64,000 bases of DNA. Origin: Squalus acanthias. Its lineage: Eukaryota. Below the pieces are notes generated by a model, which saw nothing but the letters and a program-made list of their open reading frames with translations, searched no databases and was not told the DNA's origin. How positions within the stretch are numbered: the first letter of the stretch is position 1; each line of letters begins with the position of its first letter. The position numbers were made by a program, and so were the translations under genes. Below, one piece after another: positions 23,941 through 35,565 of this stretch. The stretch covers positions 1,180,001 to 1,244,000 of the forward strand of contig JASTWF010000033.1 of NCBI GenBank assembly GCA_030390025.1, in the 5' to 3' direction.

Positions 23941-25087
23941 TGTAGGGGTGGTAATTCTGACTCGACTCTCTCCCACGCCCCTGGTTGCTAGACTTTGGAC
24001 TTATTTAAGGGTTGTAAACAAAAATGCAGTAGATAACAGGTTCTGAAGAAAGAATGTTTACTTTATTAAAAGAAAAATGTAACAAACTTAAAACACACTT
24101 AATACTTAAACGCAGATTGGGGAGCACACGGTACAGGCGAGGGAGATTTACAATATACCAAACAAAAATCTTATCCCTCCCAAAGATCCCACTATCTAGC
24201 TAGGTTTTTGGTTTCAGGATATCAGGGATAATGCTCACCAACGAATCCTTGACAGGATTTTAGAGTCTTTTGATTAAAACATTTCGTAAGGCCCTTGTTG
24301 CTGCGAGGTGTCCGATGGTTACTGAGGCAGTCGCTCTGGTTTCTTCTTGTGTGATGGTCTGTTTGTTGGTCTTCCTCCTCGTGGCTTGTAGTGGTTTTGC
24401 TGGAGCAGGGCGAGAGCTGTACCGGCGTAATCAGGGAGTCCAAAAAAGAGAAAACGTTTTGGGACAGGCTTTCAATTATATTGTCTTTTTCGCGCCCAGA
24501 AACCCCTTACTAAAACGGTTTACTTTAGGTTGCAAATGAGCCTTGTCTAGTTTTGTCGGGCTTGCCAGTTCCGATGGCTTTAGCACAGTGTTAAACATGT
24601 CCTGATCGTTTTCCGATTTAACACAGCCTTTACGCTCCAAATCTCAACCCTATTGTCCTAGGTCTATTGGCGGGCTTTTAAACCTATCCTGTGGATACCT
24701 GGTTGATTGGTTTTTGATGAAGTAATCGGAGTACAAAATGTTATATTGATTTCAGGCTTCTGGTATCCTGTTTGGGCCGGGGAATTTCAAAAGGGGGTCT
24801 TGGATTATTCATAATTCGATGTGTGTGTGAGGCTTTGGGTTTGCCTCTTCCTCCTTGGTAGGATTGCAGTGTAAACAATTCCCAGACAGCTTGATTGGGC
24901 CCCAAAACCCAAAGCTGTCCACTACCTGGCCACGCCCCTCCACAGCCTGTCTTGTGTCTGTGAAAGGTGTCTTTCCCAACAGTAAGATTCAAAAGTCATT
25001 TTCCTCAGGGTTTTTTACTTGTGATCTTAAAAAATCACTTCACTTCGGGTTCTGTTCGAGATTCTGGGGGATTTTGCGAAGACATCA
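23941..25087 (-). mobile_element. Solo LTR (1147 bp) of an LTR retrotransposon/ERV
   Basis: TG...CA termini (tgtagggg...gacatca), 4-bp TSD gctt at 23937-23940 and 25088-25091, CR1 sequence resumes across it, AATAAA on the minus strand at 24062-24067. Confidence 0.8.
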
Positions 25088-25351
25088 GCTTACCTTCAGC
25101 GACTGGTGCACAAGGACACCCAGGTCTCGTTGCACTACCCCTTCTCCCAATCTATTGCCATTCAGATAATAGTCTGCCTTTCTGTTTTTGACACCAAAGT
25201 GGATAGCCTCGCATTTATCCACGTTATATGGCATCTGCCACGCTTCTGCCCACTCACCCAACCTGTCAAAATCATCCTGGAGTTTCTCGGTATCCTCCTC
25301 GCAGCATACACGCCAACCCAGCTTTGTGTTATCTGCAAACTTGGAGATATT

Positions 25352-26104
25352 TCGGCCGTTCTCGGGTGAGTAACCGTTGCGGACTGACCCGTATTCGGTC
25401 CCAAAGTGCCGGTTTCCTGCATGCACTGCGCATGTGCGGGAAACCGGCACTTCCGGTATGGCGGAGTGGGCGGTTCCTAGGTGAACCGCGTCCGCACCAG
25501 AGGCTGCGTGCACGCAGCACACTGAGGACTTTTTTTCAGGTTTCAACGCGAGGTTAAGAATTGCAGATTCTACAAAAGTAAAAAGGAGGCGTAAGACCCC
25601 TTTTGAACAAGGTAAGTAGTTAAGTAAGTATAATTTTAATTTTTTTTCAACAGGTTTATCTTTTTTAGAGACTTTAAAGAAAGGTAAGTTTATTTTTATA
25701 ACATTTAAAAAGAATTTAAATTTTTTCAAAAATGTTTATTTTTGTTTAAAGTGGTTAATTTATTTAACTACAGTTATTTTATTAATGTGATGGTTTTTTA
25801 AAAATTTATTTGAGGTTTAGCTGTTCTTTTGGGGCCGATTTAAATTCACAGATTTGACAGGTCTCCTGTCAACTCTATGAATGAAAGATGGTCTGCTGCC
25901 ATTGGCACTCCATGGCCCACGTGATCGCAGGGGTCGCATCGCACTAACTGTGCCCCTTGAACACGCAAGCACTGCGCGCCGGCACTAGGGAGAGGCCCAG
26001 GATCCGAAGTTCCTGCGGGGGCAAACAAGGACGGCAGACGCGGTAGATGATATCGCGCACGATCCTTACCCCCGCGGCAAGCCGACCACCAGAATTTCTA
26101 GGCC
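25352..26104. mobile_element. Non-coding insertion in the CR1, probably a non-autonomous DNA transposon
   Basis: Interrupts CR1 between ggagatatt and acatttag; GC-rich ends, AT-rich centre, right end gaatttctaggcc; left TIR not clear. Confidence 0.5.
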
Positions 26105-29100
26105 ATTACATTTAGTTCCCTTATCTAGATCATTAATATATATTGTGAATAGCTGGGGTCCAAGAACCGTTCCCTGCGTTACCCCACTAGTCACTGCCTA
26201 CCACTCGGAAAAAGACCCATTAATTCCTGCTCTCTGCTTTCTGTCCGCCAACCAGTTCTCTATCCAAGTCAATACCTTGCCCCCAATCCTATGTGCCTTA
26301 ACTTTACACGCTAATCTCTTATGCGGGACCTTATCGAAAGCCTTTTGAAAGTCAAAATATACCACATCTACTGGTTCTCCCAGGTAAAGGTAAACTATTT
26401 TCCCAGTTACATCCTCAAAAAATTCCAGTAGATTAGTGAAGCACGATTTACCTTTTGTAAATCCATGTTGACTTTGTCCGATCCTGTCACTGTTTTTCAA
26501 GTGCTCAGCTATTACATCCGTTATAATGGATTCTAGCATTTTCCCCACTACCGATGTCAGCTTTACCGGTCTGTAATTCCCCGCTTTCTCTCTGCCACCC
26601 TTTTTGAATAGTGGGGTAACATTAGCTACCCTCCAATCCATGGGTACAGTTCCAGATTCCACCGAATGTTGGAAGATGATCAGCAATGCATATATTATTT
26701 CTAGGGTCACTTCCTTATTACCCTAGGATGTAGATTATCAGGCCGTGGGGATTTATCGGCCTTCAATCCCGTCAATTTCCTAAGACCATTTCCCTGCAAA
26801 TACTGATTGCTTTCAGTTCCTCCCTTTTATCAGACCCTATGTTCTCCAACATCTCTGGGAGCTTATTTGTGTCCTCCTTTGTGAAGACAGAACCAAAATA
26901 TGCATTTAATTGGTCTGCCATTTCTTTGTTCCCCAATATAACTTCCCCCACTTCTGACTGCAAGGGACCAACACTTGATTTCACTAATCTTTTTCTCTTT
27001 CCATATCTATAAGAGCTCTTACAGTCAGTTTTTATGTTCCCTGGAAGCTTACTTTCATATTCTATTTTCCCCTTCTTAATTAATCCCATTGTCCTCCTTT
27101 CTTGAATCCTAAACTGCTCCCAATCCTCAGGGTTACCGCTTTTTCTGGCCAATTTATATGCCCTCTCCTTGGATCTTATGCTATCCCTAATTTCCCTTTT
27201 TAGCCACGGTTGAGTCACCCTTTCTGTTTTATTCTTATGCCACGCTGGGATGAACAAATTATATAGTTCATCCATGCAGTGTTTGAATGTTTGCCATTGC
27301 CTATCCACCGTTAACCCTTTGAGTGGCATTACCCAATCAATCCTACCAAATTCACGCCTCATACCATCGTAGTTTCCTTTATTTAAATTCAGGACCCTAG
27401 TCTCTGATTCAATTACTTCACTCTCCATCCTAATGAAGAATTCTATCATATTATGATCACTCTGACCCAAGGGGCCTCGTACAACAAGATTGCTAATTAA
27501 TCCTTTCTTGTTACATAATACCCAGTCTAAGCTGGCCTGATCTCTGGCTGGTTCCTCAACATATTGTTCCAGAAAACCATCCCGTAAACATTCTAGGAAT
27601 TCTTCCTCCACAGTATTTTTACTAATTTGGTTAGCCCAATCTATATGTAATTTAAAGTCACCCATGATGACTGCTGTGCCCTTACTGCATGCTTCTCTAA
27701 TTTACCTTTTAATGCCGTCCCCAACCACCGTATTACTGTTTGGAGGTCTACATAACACTCCCACTAACGTTTTTTGCCCCTTGTTATTTCTCAGTTCTAC
27801 CCATACATATTCCGCATCATCAAAGTTACTATCCTTCCTTTCAATTATGTTAATCTCCTCTTTAACCAGCAATGCTACCACACCTCCCTTTCTTTTTTGC
27901 CTATCTTTCCTAAATATTGAACTCCCCTGGATGTTGAGTTCCCCGCCTTGGCCACCCTGGAGCCATATTTCTGTAATCCCAATCAAATCGTATTCATTTA
28001 CCTCTATTTGCGCAGCTAATTCATCCACCTTGATCCGAATTCTCCTTGCATTAAGACACAGAGCCTTCAGGCTTGTATTTTTAACGCTCTCAGACCTATA
28101 TGAATTATTATTTACTGTGACCATGTTTGATATAAACCGTTGAGTTCTTTGCCTTCTACTTTGGTTTTTCTCCTTCCTTTCTTTAGCTTTTATCCTTGTT
28201 TCCCTTTCCTCTGTCTCCCTGCTCAGGTTCCCAACTCCCTGCCACTTTAGTTTAAACCGTCCCCAACAGTACTAGCAAACACTCACCCTAGGACATCGGT
28301 CCCGGCCCTGCCCAGGTGCAGACCGTCCCGTTGGTACTGGTCCCACATCCCCCCGAACCGGTTCCAAACTCCAAGGAATTTGAATCCCTCCCCCTTGCAC
28401 CATTCCTCTAGCCAGGTATTAATTTGAAATGTCCTCCTATTTCTACTCTTACTAGCGCGTGGCACTGGTAGCAATCCTGAGATTACTACCTTTGATGTCC
28501 TATTTTTTAATTTACTTCCTAACTCCCTATATTCTGCTTTTAGGACGTAATCCCGTTTTTTACCTATATCGTTGGTGCCAATGTGCACCACGACAACTGG
28601 CTGTTCGCCCTCCCCCTCCAAAATGTTCTGTTGCCTCTCCGAGACGTCCATGGCCCTTGCACCAGGGAGGCAACACACCATCCTGGAGTCTCGATTGCGG
28701 CCGCAGAAACGCCTATCTATTCCCCTTAAAATTGAGTCCCCTACCACTATAGCTCTTCCACAATTTTTCCTCCCAGCCTGTGCAGCAGAGCCACTCATGA
28801 TGACAGAGAGCTGTTCTCATTGAAAGGTACAATTTTCTTGAAGTGCTTGAAAGGGTAGATTCTGAGAGGGTGTTTCCCCTGGCTGGAGAGTCTAGAACTA
28901 GGGGATAGAATCTCAGGATAAGGGATTATTAAATTATTAAATTAATAACATGAATCTAATGTGATAAAATAAGAACTGCTTTCATCACCATTAATTAACC
29001 CATAAGTTTCTTTTGAAGAATGAAAGAAATGAGAATATTCTCTGACTAGATGTTTTCAGACCATACACTGACCGATCTTTGTTCGGCCCCAAGTGGATGA

Positions 29101-29694
29101 TCTGACACTTGCCCGCATTGAACTCCATTAATCACAGTTCAGGGGAGATTTAATAGAGGTGTACAAAATTATGGGGGAATCAGTTTCCACTGACAGGAGT
29201 GTCACCAGGGCTTTGGGGGTAGAGCAGCGGAGTGGGAGTAATTGGTACCTCTTTCAAAGATGCTGCATCAATTGCTCATTTTAATCTGCGATTGGTAGAG
29301 TTTAGTTAAGCAAAGGTATTAAGGGATAATTGAATTCTGTGAGACACTTCATAAGTGTTCCTATTTTCATTAATTATCGCAGAACATTTTGTTGCACACT
29401 GCAGGAATTGCTAGTAGTTTGCAGAAACGCGGATTACATCTGCTGTTCTGAACCGAGGAAGCGCTGCAGGATCCTTGAATAATCTGTCACTATTCAACTG
29501 AAAGCAGCCGGAATGTGCAGCTTTGAGAGGGGCTTTCTGCACCGGCAGGGCTGGAAACGGCATTGAGCGAGCGACACTGTAGAGTTTTGAGTATGTACAG
29601 AACTGTACAGAGAAACAACAAAATTAACAGAACTTTGCTACACTGAATCACAAATGCGACTTGTTCTGCTATTTTATTGAACACGTTTTCAAAT

Positions 29695-29767
29695 TGTTCC
29701 AGTCGGGTTTCGAATGGGGAACATTCCGCGTGTTAGCTGAACGTGATAACCACTAAACTACAGAAAC
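29695..29767 (-). pseudogene. tRNA-Val(AAC) pseudogene
   Basis: Degenerate Val body in the duplicated unit. Confidence 0.7.
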
Positions 29768-30777
29768 TCTGTGCTAGGTTATCGGCTTCTGCGTTGAATC
29801 TATGGTTGTATAAAAAAAGTTAGTAAAGTTTGACTGTCACACGGAAATGTGTTCGCATTTCCTTCAGTGTGCAACAACAATTTTGGTGTGTTGATTAAAA
29901 CAATTATTAAGTGTCTCACAGACTTCAATTGTGTGGTCAAAACTGAAGTCCCTGAGTGGGAATCAAACCTGATTCATTCCTGTAATGGTAGGGTTGCCCA
30001 TTGAGGAGATCTTCAGTAGATTGGGCCTATATTGTCTGAAGTCCAGAAGAACGAGAGGTGTTCTCATTGAAAGGTACAATTTTCTTGTAGGGCTTGGAAG
30101 GGTAGACGCTGAGAGGCTGTTTCCCCTGGCTGGAGAGTCTAGAACTAAGAGATAGAGTCACAGGATAAGGGATTATTAAATTATTAAATGAATGACATGA
30201 ATCTAATGTGATAAAATAAGAACTGCTTTCATCACCATTAATTAACCCATAACCTTCTTTTGCAGAATGAAAGAAATGAGAATATTCTCTGATTAGATGT
30301 TTTCAGACCATACACTGACCGATCTTTGTTAGCCCCCAAGTGGATGATCTGACACTTGCCCGCATTGAACTCCATTAATCACAGTTCAGGATAGATTTAA
30401 TAGAGGTGTTCAAAATTATGGGGGGAATCAGTTTCCACTGACAGGAGTGTCACCAGGGCTATGGGGGTAGAGCAGCAGAGTGGGCGTAATTGGTACCTCT
30501 TTCAAAGATGCTGCATCAATTGCACATTTTAATCAGCGATTGGTAGAGTTTAGTTAAGCAAAAATATTAAGGGATAATTGAATTCTGTGAGACACTTCAT
30601 AATTGTTTCTATTTTCATTAATCAACCCACAACATTTTGTTGCACACTGCAGGAATTGCAAGTCGTTTGCAGAAACGCGGATTAGATCTGCTGTTCTAAA
30701 CGGAGGAAGCGCTGCATGATCCTTTAATAATCTGTCACTGTTCAACTGAGAGAGGCTTTCTGCACCGCCAGGGCTGG

Positions 30778-30832
30778 AAACCGGGACTTTTCGCGTGAAA
30801 AGCGAATGTGAAAACCACTACACTCCGGGAAC
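30778..30832 (-). pseudogene. 3'-truncated tRNA-Val-body pseudogene (loop reads TTC)
   Basis: cgggacttttcgcgtgaaaagcgaatgtgaaaaccactacactccgggaac; 3' end lost at a deletion junction. Confidence 0.65.
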
Positions 30833-31179
30833 CGCTGTGCTCATCTTTTCAACAGAGGGGAACTGACCAGTGCTGATTGGTACACCTTAAACGGCATCAC
30901 TCAATATAAAGGATGAGCTCACATATATCAGGCGCACTGCAGTCTGGTCAATGTCATCCCCTCCTTTCTTATTCAACAGAGGAAGAAGAGACATGAACGG
31001 GAGTCAGACGCCACAACCTTTAATTAAAGGCAAAAATAGGAGTAACACATACTTCCTAATCGTTTCACTGAAAAATTATTTCACTTGATGTAAAATTTGA
31101 CTGCCTTGAATCTGAAAATGAGCACTGTGGGATATTTTCTACACTACTGATTCTATTCACTGTGCGCAATGGCAGAGCG

Positions 31180-31252
31180 GTTTCCGTAGTGTAGTGGTTA
31201 TCATGTTCGCCTCATACGCGGGAGATCACCGGTTCGAGCCCGGGCAGAAACA
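31180..31252 (+). tRNA. tRNA-Val body with CAT anticodon, probably a pseudogene
   Basis: gtttccgtagtgtagtggttatcatgttcgcctCATacgcgg...ggttcgagcccgggcagaaaca. Confidence 0.75.
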
Positions 31253-32386
31253 TTACATTTGCCAGAATTTCATTCCTTGCAGTGACCAGTTCTGTCAATT
31301 TTAACAAAAGTTGCCCCAGGTTTCTGCTTTCAGAAGCAATTAACATTTTAAACGAGATTCCTAAAATACAATGTGTAAAATGAGATATGGTTAACAGTTC
31401 ATTACTTACAAAGTGCCAAATGCGTTATTGAAGTGTGTTTCGCCTTTCGTTCATTCTGTAAATTATTGAAATCGGTTATTTAATGGTGATTGCAAAGATT
31501 CAACTGCAAGTTGAATAGTGGCCGGCAAAACGAACGCTCTTTTAGGATCTGAACCGCGGACTTCTCTGAAATTTAAACAAACACCGAACCGAAAATCGGA
31601 CCCCGAGAACGCCGGTACAAACCTTGCCGAGTGAGTAGCTAATAATTGTAAAACCATTTTGTTTGTGTGGCTATTCTTGATGATCAGAGCACTTGAGACC
31701 GAGACAGTGTCTTTGCCTTTTCGCCTGTCTTCGGAAGCGCCGTCCGGTCCCACTCCTACAGTTAATGAGCTGTTAAGACGTTAATGCACCCAGGCTGCAG
31801 AAGGCTACACCAGGCGCAGCAGAGGAGTCTCTGCATTAGTTCTGCGTGGAAACTGTATTTTTCCCCTTCTCTCTTCCTCTTCTCTATATCCCTGTGCTTT
31901 TATTTCTCTATTTCAACCCCCGTCTCAGTTTCCTGAATCAGAACGTGGTGGGGACATTTTTAGAGACGCGCTTTTTTATTACTTATTGAAAGGAAACTCA
32001 GACGGACCGATTGAAACTGCAATTTGAATCCTGTCGCTAATCTAATGTTTTCCTATTAATCTGTGTTGTTCTCATTCCACATTCTCAATGAGAAAGTTCC
32101 CAGCCTCAATTTTGAAATACAATAAGGCCCATCTCTTATGTTAGCGACACGCGAGGGGAGATTCCCTGAATCAGCCCCAACTTTCCCCAAATCCTACTTA
32201 CAGTGCCGCAAACAAAACTGTGTCCTCTATGGGAAATATCAATGAGAATTACTTCACTCATTGTAACGCTGCCATGTGAATGGCTTAATTCACCTGTCAA
32301 TGCGTATTTTATTTATACTGAACCAATCATTCAAATTATTCCAGTTTTCATATTTAGTAAACTTGAATGGAGAAAAGGCATTAAAT

Positions 32387-32459
32387 TGTGTCTACCCACA
32401 TTCGAACCGTGGAGTTTTCGTGTGTTAGCGGAATGCTGTAACCACTACACACCAGAAAC
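32387..32459 (-). pseudogene. tRNA-Val pseudogene, highly degenerate
   Basis: ttcgaaccg...tttcgtgtgttag...taaccactacac...gaaac. Confidence 0.65.
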
Positions 32460-32902
32460 CCTCCAGCACTCGGGTGCATTGCAGCGACTCCATAGGAACA
32501 GGAGAAGGCCATTCAGCCCCTCGAGCCTGTTGCGCCATTCGATTAGCTCAGGGTTGATCTGTATCTTTTCATCATCTACCCGCTTTGTTTCCGTAACCCT
32601 TAATATCCTTACCCAACAAAAATCTATCGGCAGTAGCGGGAACCTTGAGCCTTAAACCAGCTGCACTCCCGGATCCAGACAGAAAAGGCTTCGTACTGAC
32701 GGAAACCCTGCAGATTAATGAATTACATTTCTGAACTTCAGGGCTTCTGAGATTCCAGGGTTTAAAAGGGAACAAAAGATGAAATGGGTCTCACTGTGGA
32801 TCAGTTTTCTCTCACTCAAATGTATCTGATTTGTGAAGTGAAATAAAGAACAATCAAAGAAAAAGGGAGAAGCCGCTGTCGCCCTGTTGACAGGAGAATA
32901 AA

Positions 32903-33030
32903 CAGTTCGAACGAAGGGTAATCGACTTAAAACGGTCATACTGATTCTTTATTCACAAATACTGCCCGACCTCTTGAGAATTTCCAGCATTTTCCGTTTC
33001 TATTTGAGATTTAAAGCATTTGCAATAATT
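32903..33030 (+). mobile_element. Old Penelope 3'-tail remnant with a decayed hammerhead motif
   Basis: cagttcgaacgaagggtaatcgacttaaaacgg and cacaaatactgcccgacctcttgagaatttccagcatttt align with the tail at 17411-17530. Confidence 0.6.
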
Positions 33031-33089
33031 TTCTTTTGTCATTTGCAATAAAACCGCTGGTTGTTCATCCACAGCAAGTTTAAACATAA

Positions 33090-33162
33090 TGTCCCCGCCC
33101 GGGTTCGAACGGGGGACCTTTCGTGTGCAAAGCGAACGTGATAACCACTACACTACGGGAAC
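33090..33162 (-). tRNA. tRNA-Val body with TGC anticodon, possibly a pseudogene
   Basis: Reverse complement GTTCCCG TA GTG TAGTGGTTAT CAC G TTCGC TT TGC AC ACGAA AGGTC CCCCG TTCGAAC CCGGG CGGGGAC A. Confidence 0.8.
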
Positions 33163-33358
33163 CGCTGTGCAGACAGCTTTACCAGAGGGGAACTGACCAG
33201 TGAACTCCCTCTGTGCTGACTGGTTCACCTCAAACAGCATCACTCAATACAAAGGATCAGCTCACAAATATCAGGCTCAGTGCAGTCTGGTCAATGTCAG
33301 CCCCTCCTTTCTTATTCAACAGAGGAAGAAGAGACATGAACGGGAGTCAGACGCCACA

Positions 33359-34349
33359 CACAGCGCTGACACTCTGGAGTTCAGAGAACGCACAGCGTTA
33401 AGACTACTTATTTCAGAGAATACACAGCGCTAACACTCCCGAGTTCAGAGAACCCACAGCGTTAACACCACTGATTTCAGTGAACGCACAGCGCTAACAC
33501 TCTGGAGTTCAGAGAACGCACAGTGCTAACACCACTGATTTCAGGGAACGCACAGCGCTAACACTCTGGAGTTCAGAGAACGCATAGCGCTAACAGTACT
33601 TATTTCAGAGAACGCACAGCGCTAACACTCCCGAGTTCACAGAACCCACAGCGTTAACACCACTGATTTCAGGGAACGCACAGCGCTAACACTCTGGAGT
33701 TCAGAGAACGCATAGCGCTAACACTACTTATTTCAGAGAACGCACAGCGCTAACTAACTGGAGTTCAGAGAATGCACAGCACCAACACACTGGAGTTCAG
33801 AGAATGCACAGCGCTAACACTACTTATTTCAGAGAGCGCACAGCACCAACACACTGGAGTTCAGAGAATGCACAGCGCTAACACTACTTATTTCAGAGAG
33901 CGCACAGCACCAACACACTGGAGTTCAGAGAATGCACAGCGCTAACACTACTTATTTCAGAGAACGCACCGCGCCAACACACTGGAGTTCAGAGAATGCA
34001 CAGCTCTAACACACTGGAGTTGAGAGAATGCACAACACTAATACTACTTATTTCAGAGAACGCACAACACTAACACGACCGAGTCCAGAGAACGCACAGC
34101 GCTAACACACTGGAGTTCAGAGAATGTACAGCGCTAACACTACTTATTTCCGAGAACGCACAGTGCTGACACACTGGAGTTCAGAGAATGCACAACACTA
34201 ACACTACTTATTTCAGAGAACGCACAACACTAACACGACCGAGTTCAGAGAATGCACAGCGCTAACACACTGGAGTTCAGAGAATGTACAGCGCTAACAC
34301 TGCTTATTTCAGCGAACGCACAGTGCTGACACACTGGAGTTCAGAGAAC
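33359..34349. repeat. 32-bp minisatellite (~31 units), two mostly alternating variants
   Basis: Unit cacagcgctaacac[tctggag|tacttat]ttcagagaacg; period 32 (starts 33359, 33391...). Confidence 0.95.
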
Positions 34350-34541
34350 TAGGCTCCAGACGCTCCTGTTTCGAGGTGCATGCGAGGCCAGGATGGTGTG
34401 CACATATGTGGAAGTACTCAATCCCTGCCAATATATACATCGGTCAATTCCTGCTGTTCTATGGGATGATGCCTTGCTCCAGGGAAGTGGACCATTATTG
34501 CTCTCCTCCATCACCCTGCCAAATATGCAGACTTAACTTAC

Positions 34542-34641
34542 TCTGGAAACCATTTGGAATGCTCCTTCCATGGAGCAGCGCCTTCTTCCCAGTTTGCTAA
34601 GCTCCCACCACAGGAAAAGCACTGGACTTTATCCTTGATAC
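34542..34641 (-). CDS. NAIP: NAIP-like gene, coding exon 2 (100 bp, second half of BIR2)
   Basis: cag|GTATCAAG...CCAGA|gtaagt; reads (G)[32 protein letters not shown] (Cx2Cx16H), in phase with the exon at 43512-44115; absent from the ORF track. Confidence 0.9.
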
Positions 34642-35169
34642 CTGTTGGATGAGTAGTTAGGAACAATCATGGCTGGATAGGAAATTCTAGTTCGATGTTT
34701 CAGCCAACAGTCAGCGCTCTCTTGGTGAACCTGGCTTGTGATCAACAATTCCATTATTTGCTGGGTGTCGCATGTCATGAGGGATGAGGTGGTCTGATGG
34801 GTTAGAACACTGCACTATCACCTCTAGAACTTAGAGTTTCAAAAAGAAATCTTCCCTGCATGATGATTGTAGGATTTCTACCTAGAATGTGTTGGGACAA
34901 TCACAATATCACAACAACAACTTACATTTATATGGTGCCTTTAACGTAATAAATCATCACAAGGCGCTTCACAGGAGCATTAATAAAATACAAAATTTGA
35001 TACCTAGCCATATAATCATGGAATCATAGAAATTTACAGCACAGAAGGAAGCCATTCGGCCCATCTTGTCCGTGCCGGTCGACAAAGAGCTATCCACCCT
35101 ACTCCCACTTTCCAGCACTTGGTCCGTAGCCTTGTAGCTTACGGCACATCATGTCCATATCCAAGTACT

Positions 35170-35565
35170 TTTTAACGAATATGAGGAGATGTTAGTGCAT
35201 ATAGCCAAAAGCTTGATCAAAGAGGCAGGTTTTAAGGAGCACCTTAAAAGAGCAAAGAGAGGTAGCGAGGCGGAGAAGTTTAGGGAGGGAATTCCTGAGC
35301 TTAGGGCCTAGGCCGCTGAAGGCACGGTCGACAATCGTGGAGCAATTAAATTCAGGGCTGTTAAAGGGGCCAGATTTGGCAGAGCACAGATATCTCGGGG
35401 GATTATAGGGCTGGAGAAAATTACAGAGATAGGGAGGGGCGAGGCCATGGAGGGATTTGAAAACAAGGATGAGAATTTTAAAATCGAGGTGTTGCTTAAC
35501 TGGGAGACAATGTAGGTCAGTGAGCACAGGGGAGATGGGTGAACAGGACTTGGTGCGAGTTAGGA
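35170..35565 (-). mobile_element. L2-clade LINE 3' fragment
   Basis: ORF 35192-35527 LTDLHCLPVKQHLDFKILILVFKSLHGLAPPYL..RAFS..GPKLRNSLP. Confidence 0.8.

Larger units (their letters stand above)
23261..28797 (-). mobile_element. CR1 LINE (part of ORF1 esterase, EN, RT, (atgtttct)n tail) carrying two nested insertions
   Basis: ORFs 28283-28798 (VVGDSI, VHIGTND, DGLHL), 27702-28124 (NARRI, ITEIWL), 26772-27665, 26198-26710, 23556-23936. Confidence 0.92.

Noticed and set aside
33359..34349. CRISPR-like repeat/spacer appearance
   Set aside because: Variable parts are only ~7 nt and recur; no unique spacers, no cas genes, vertebrate context
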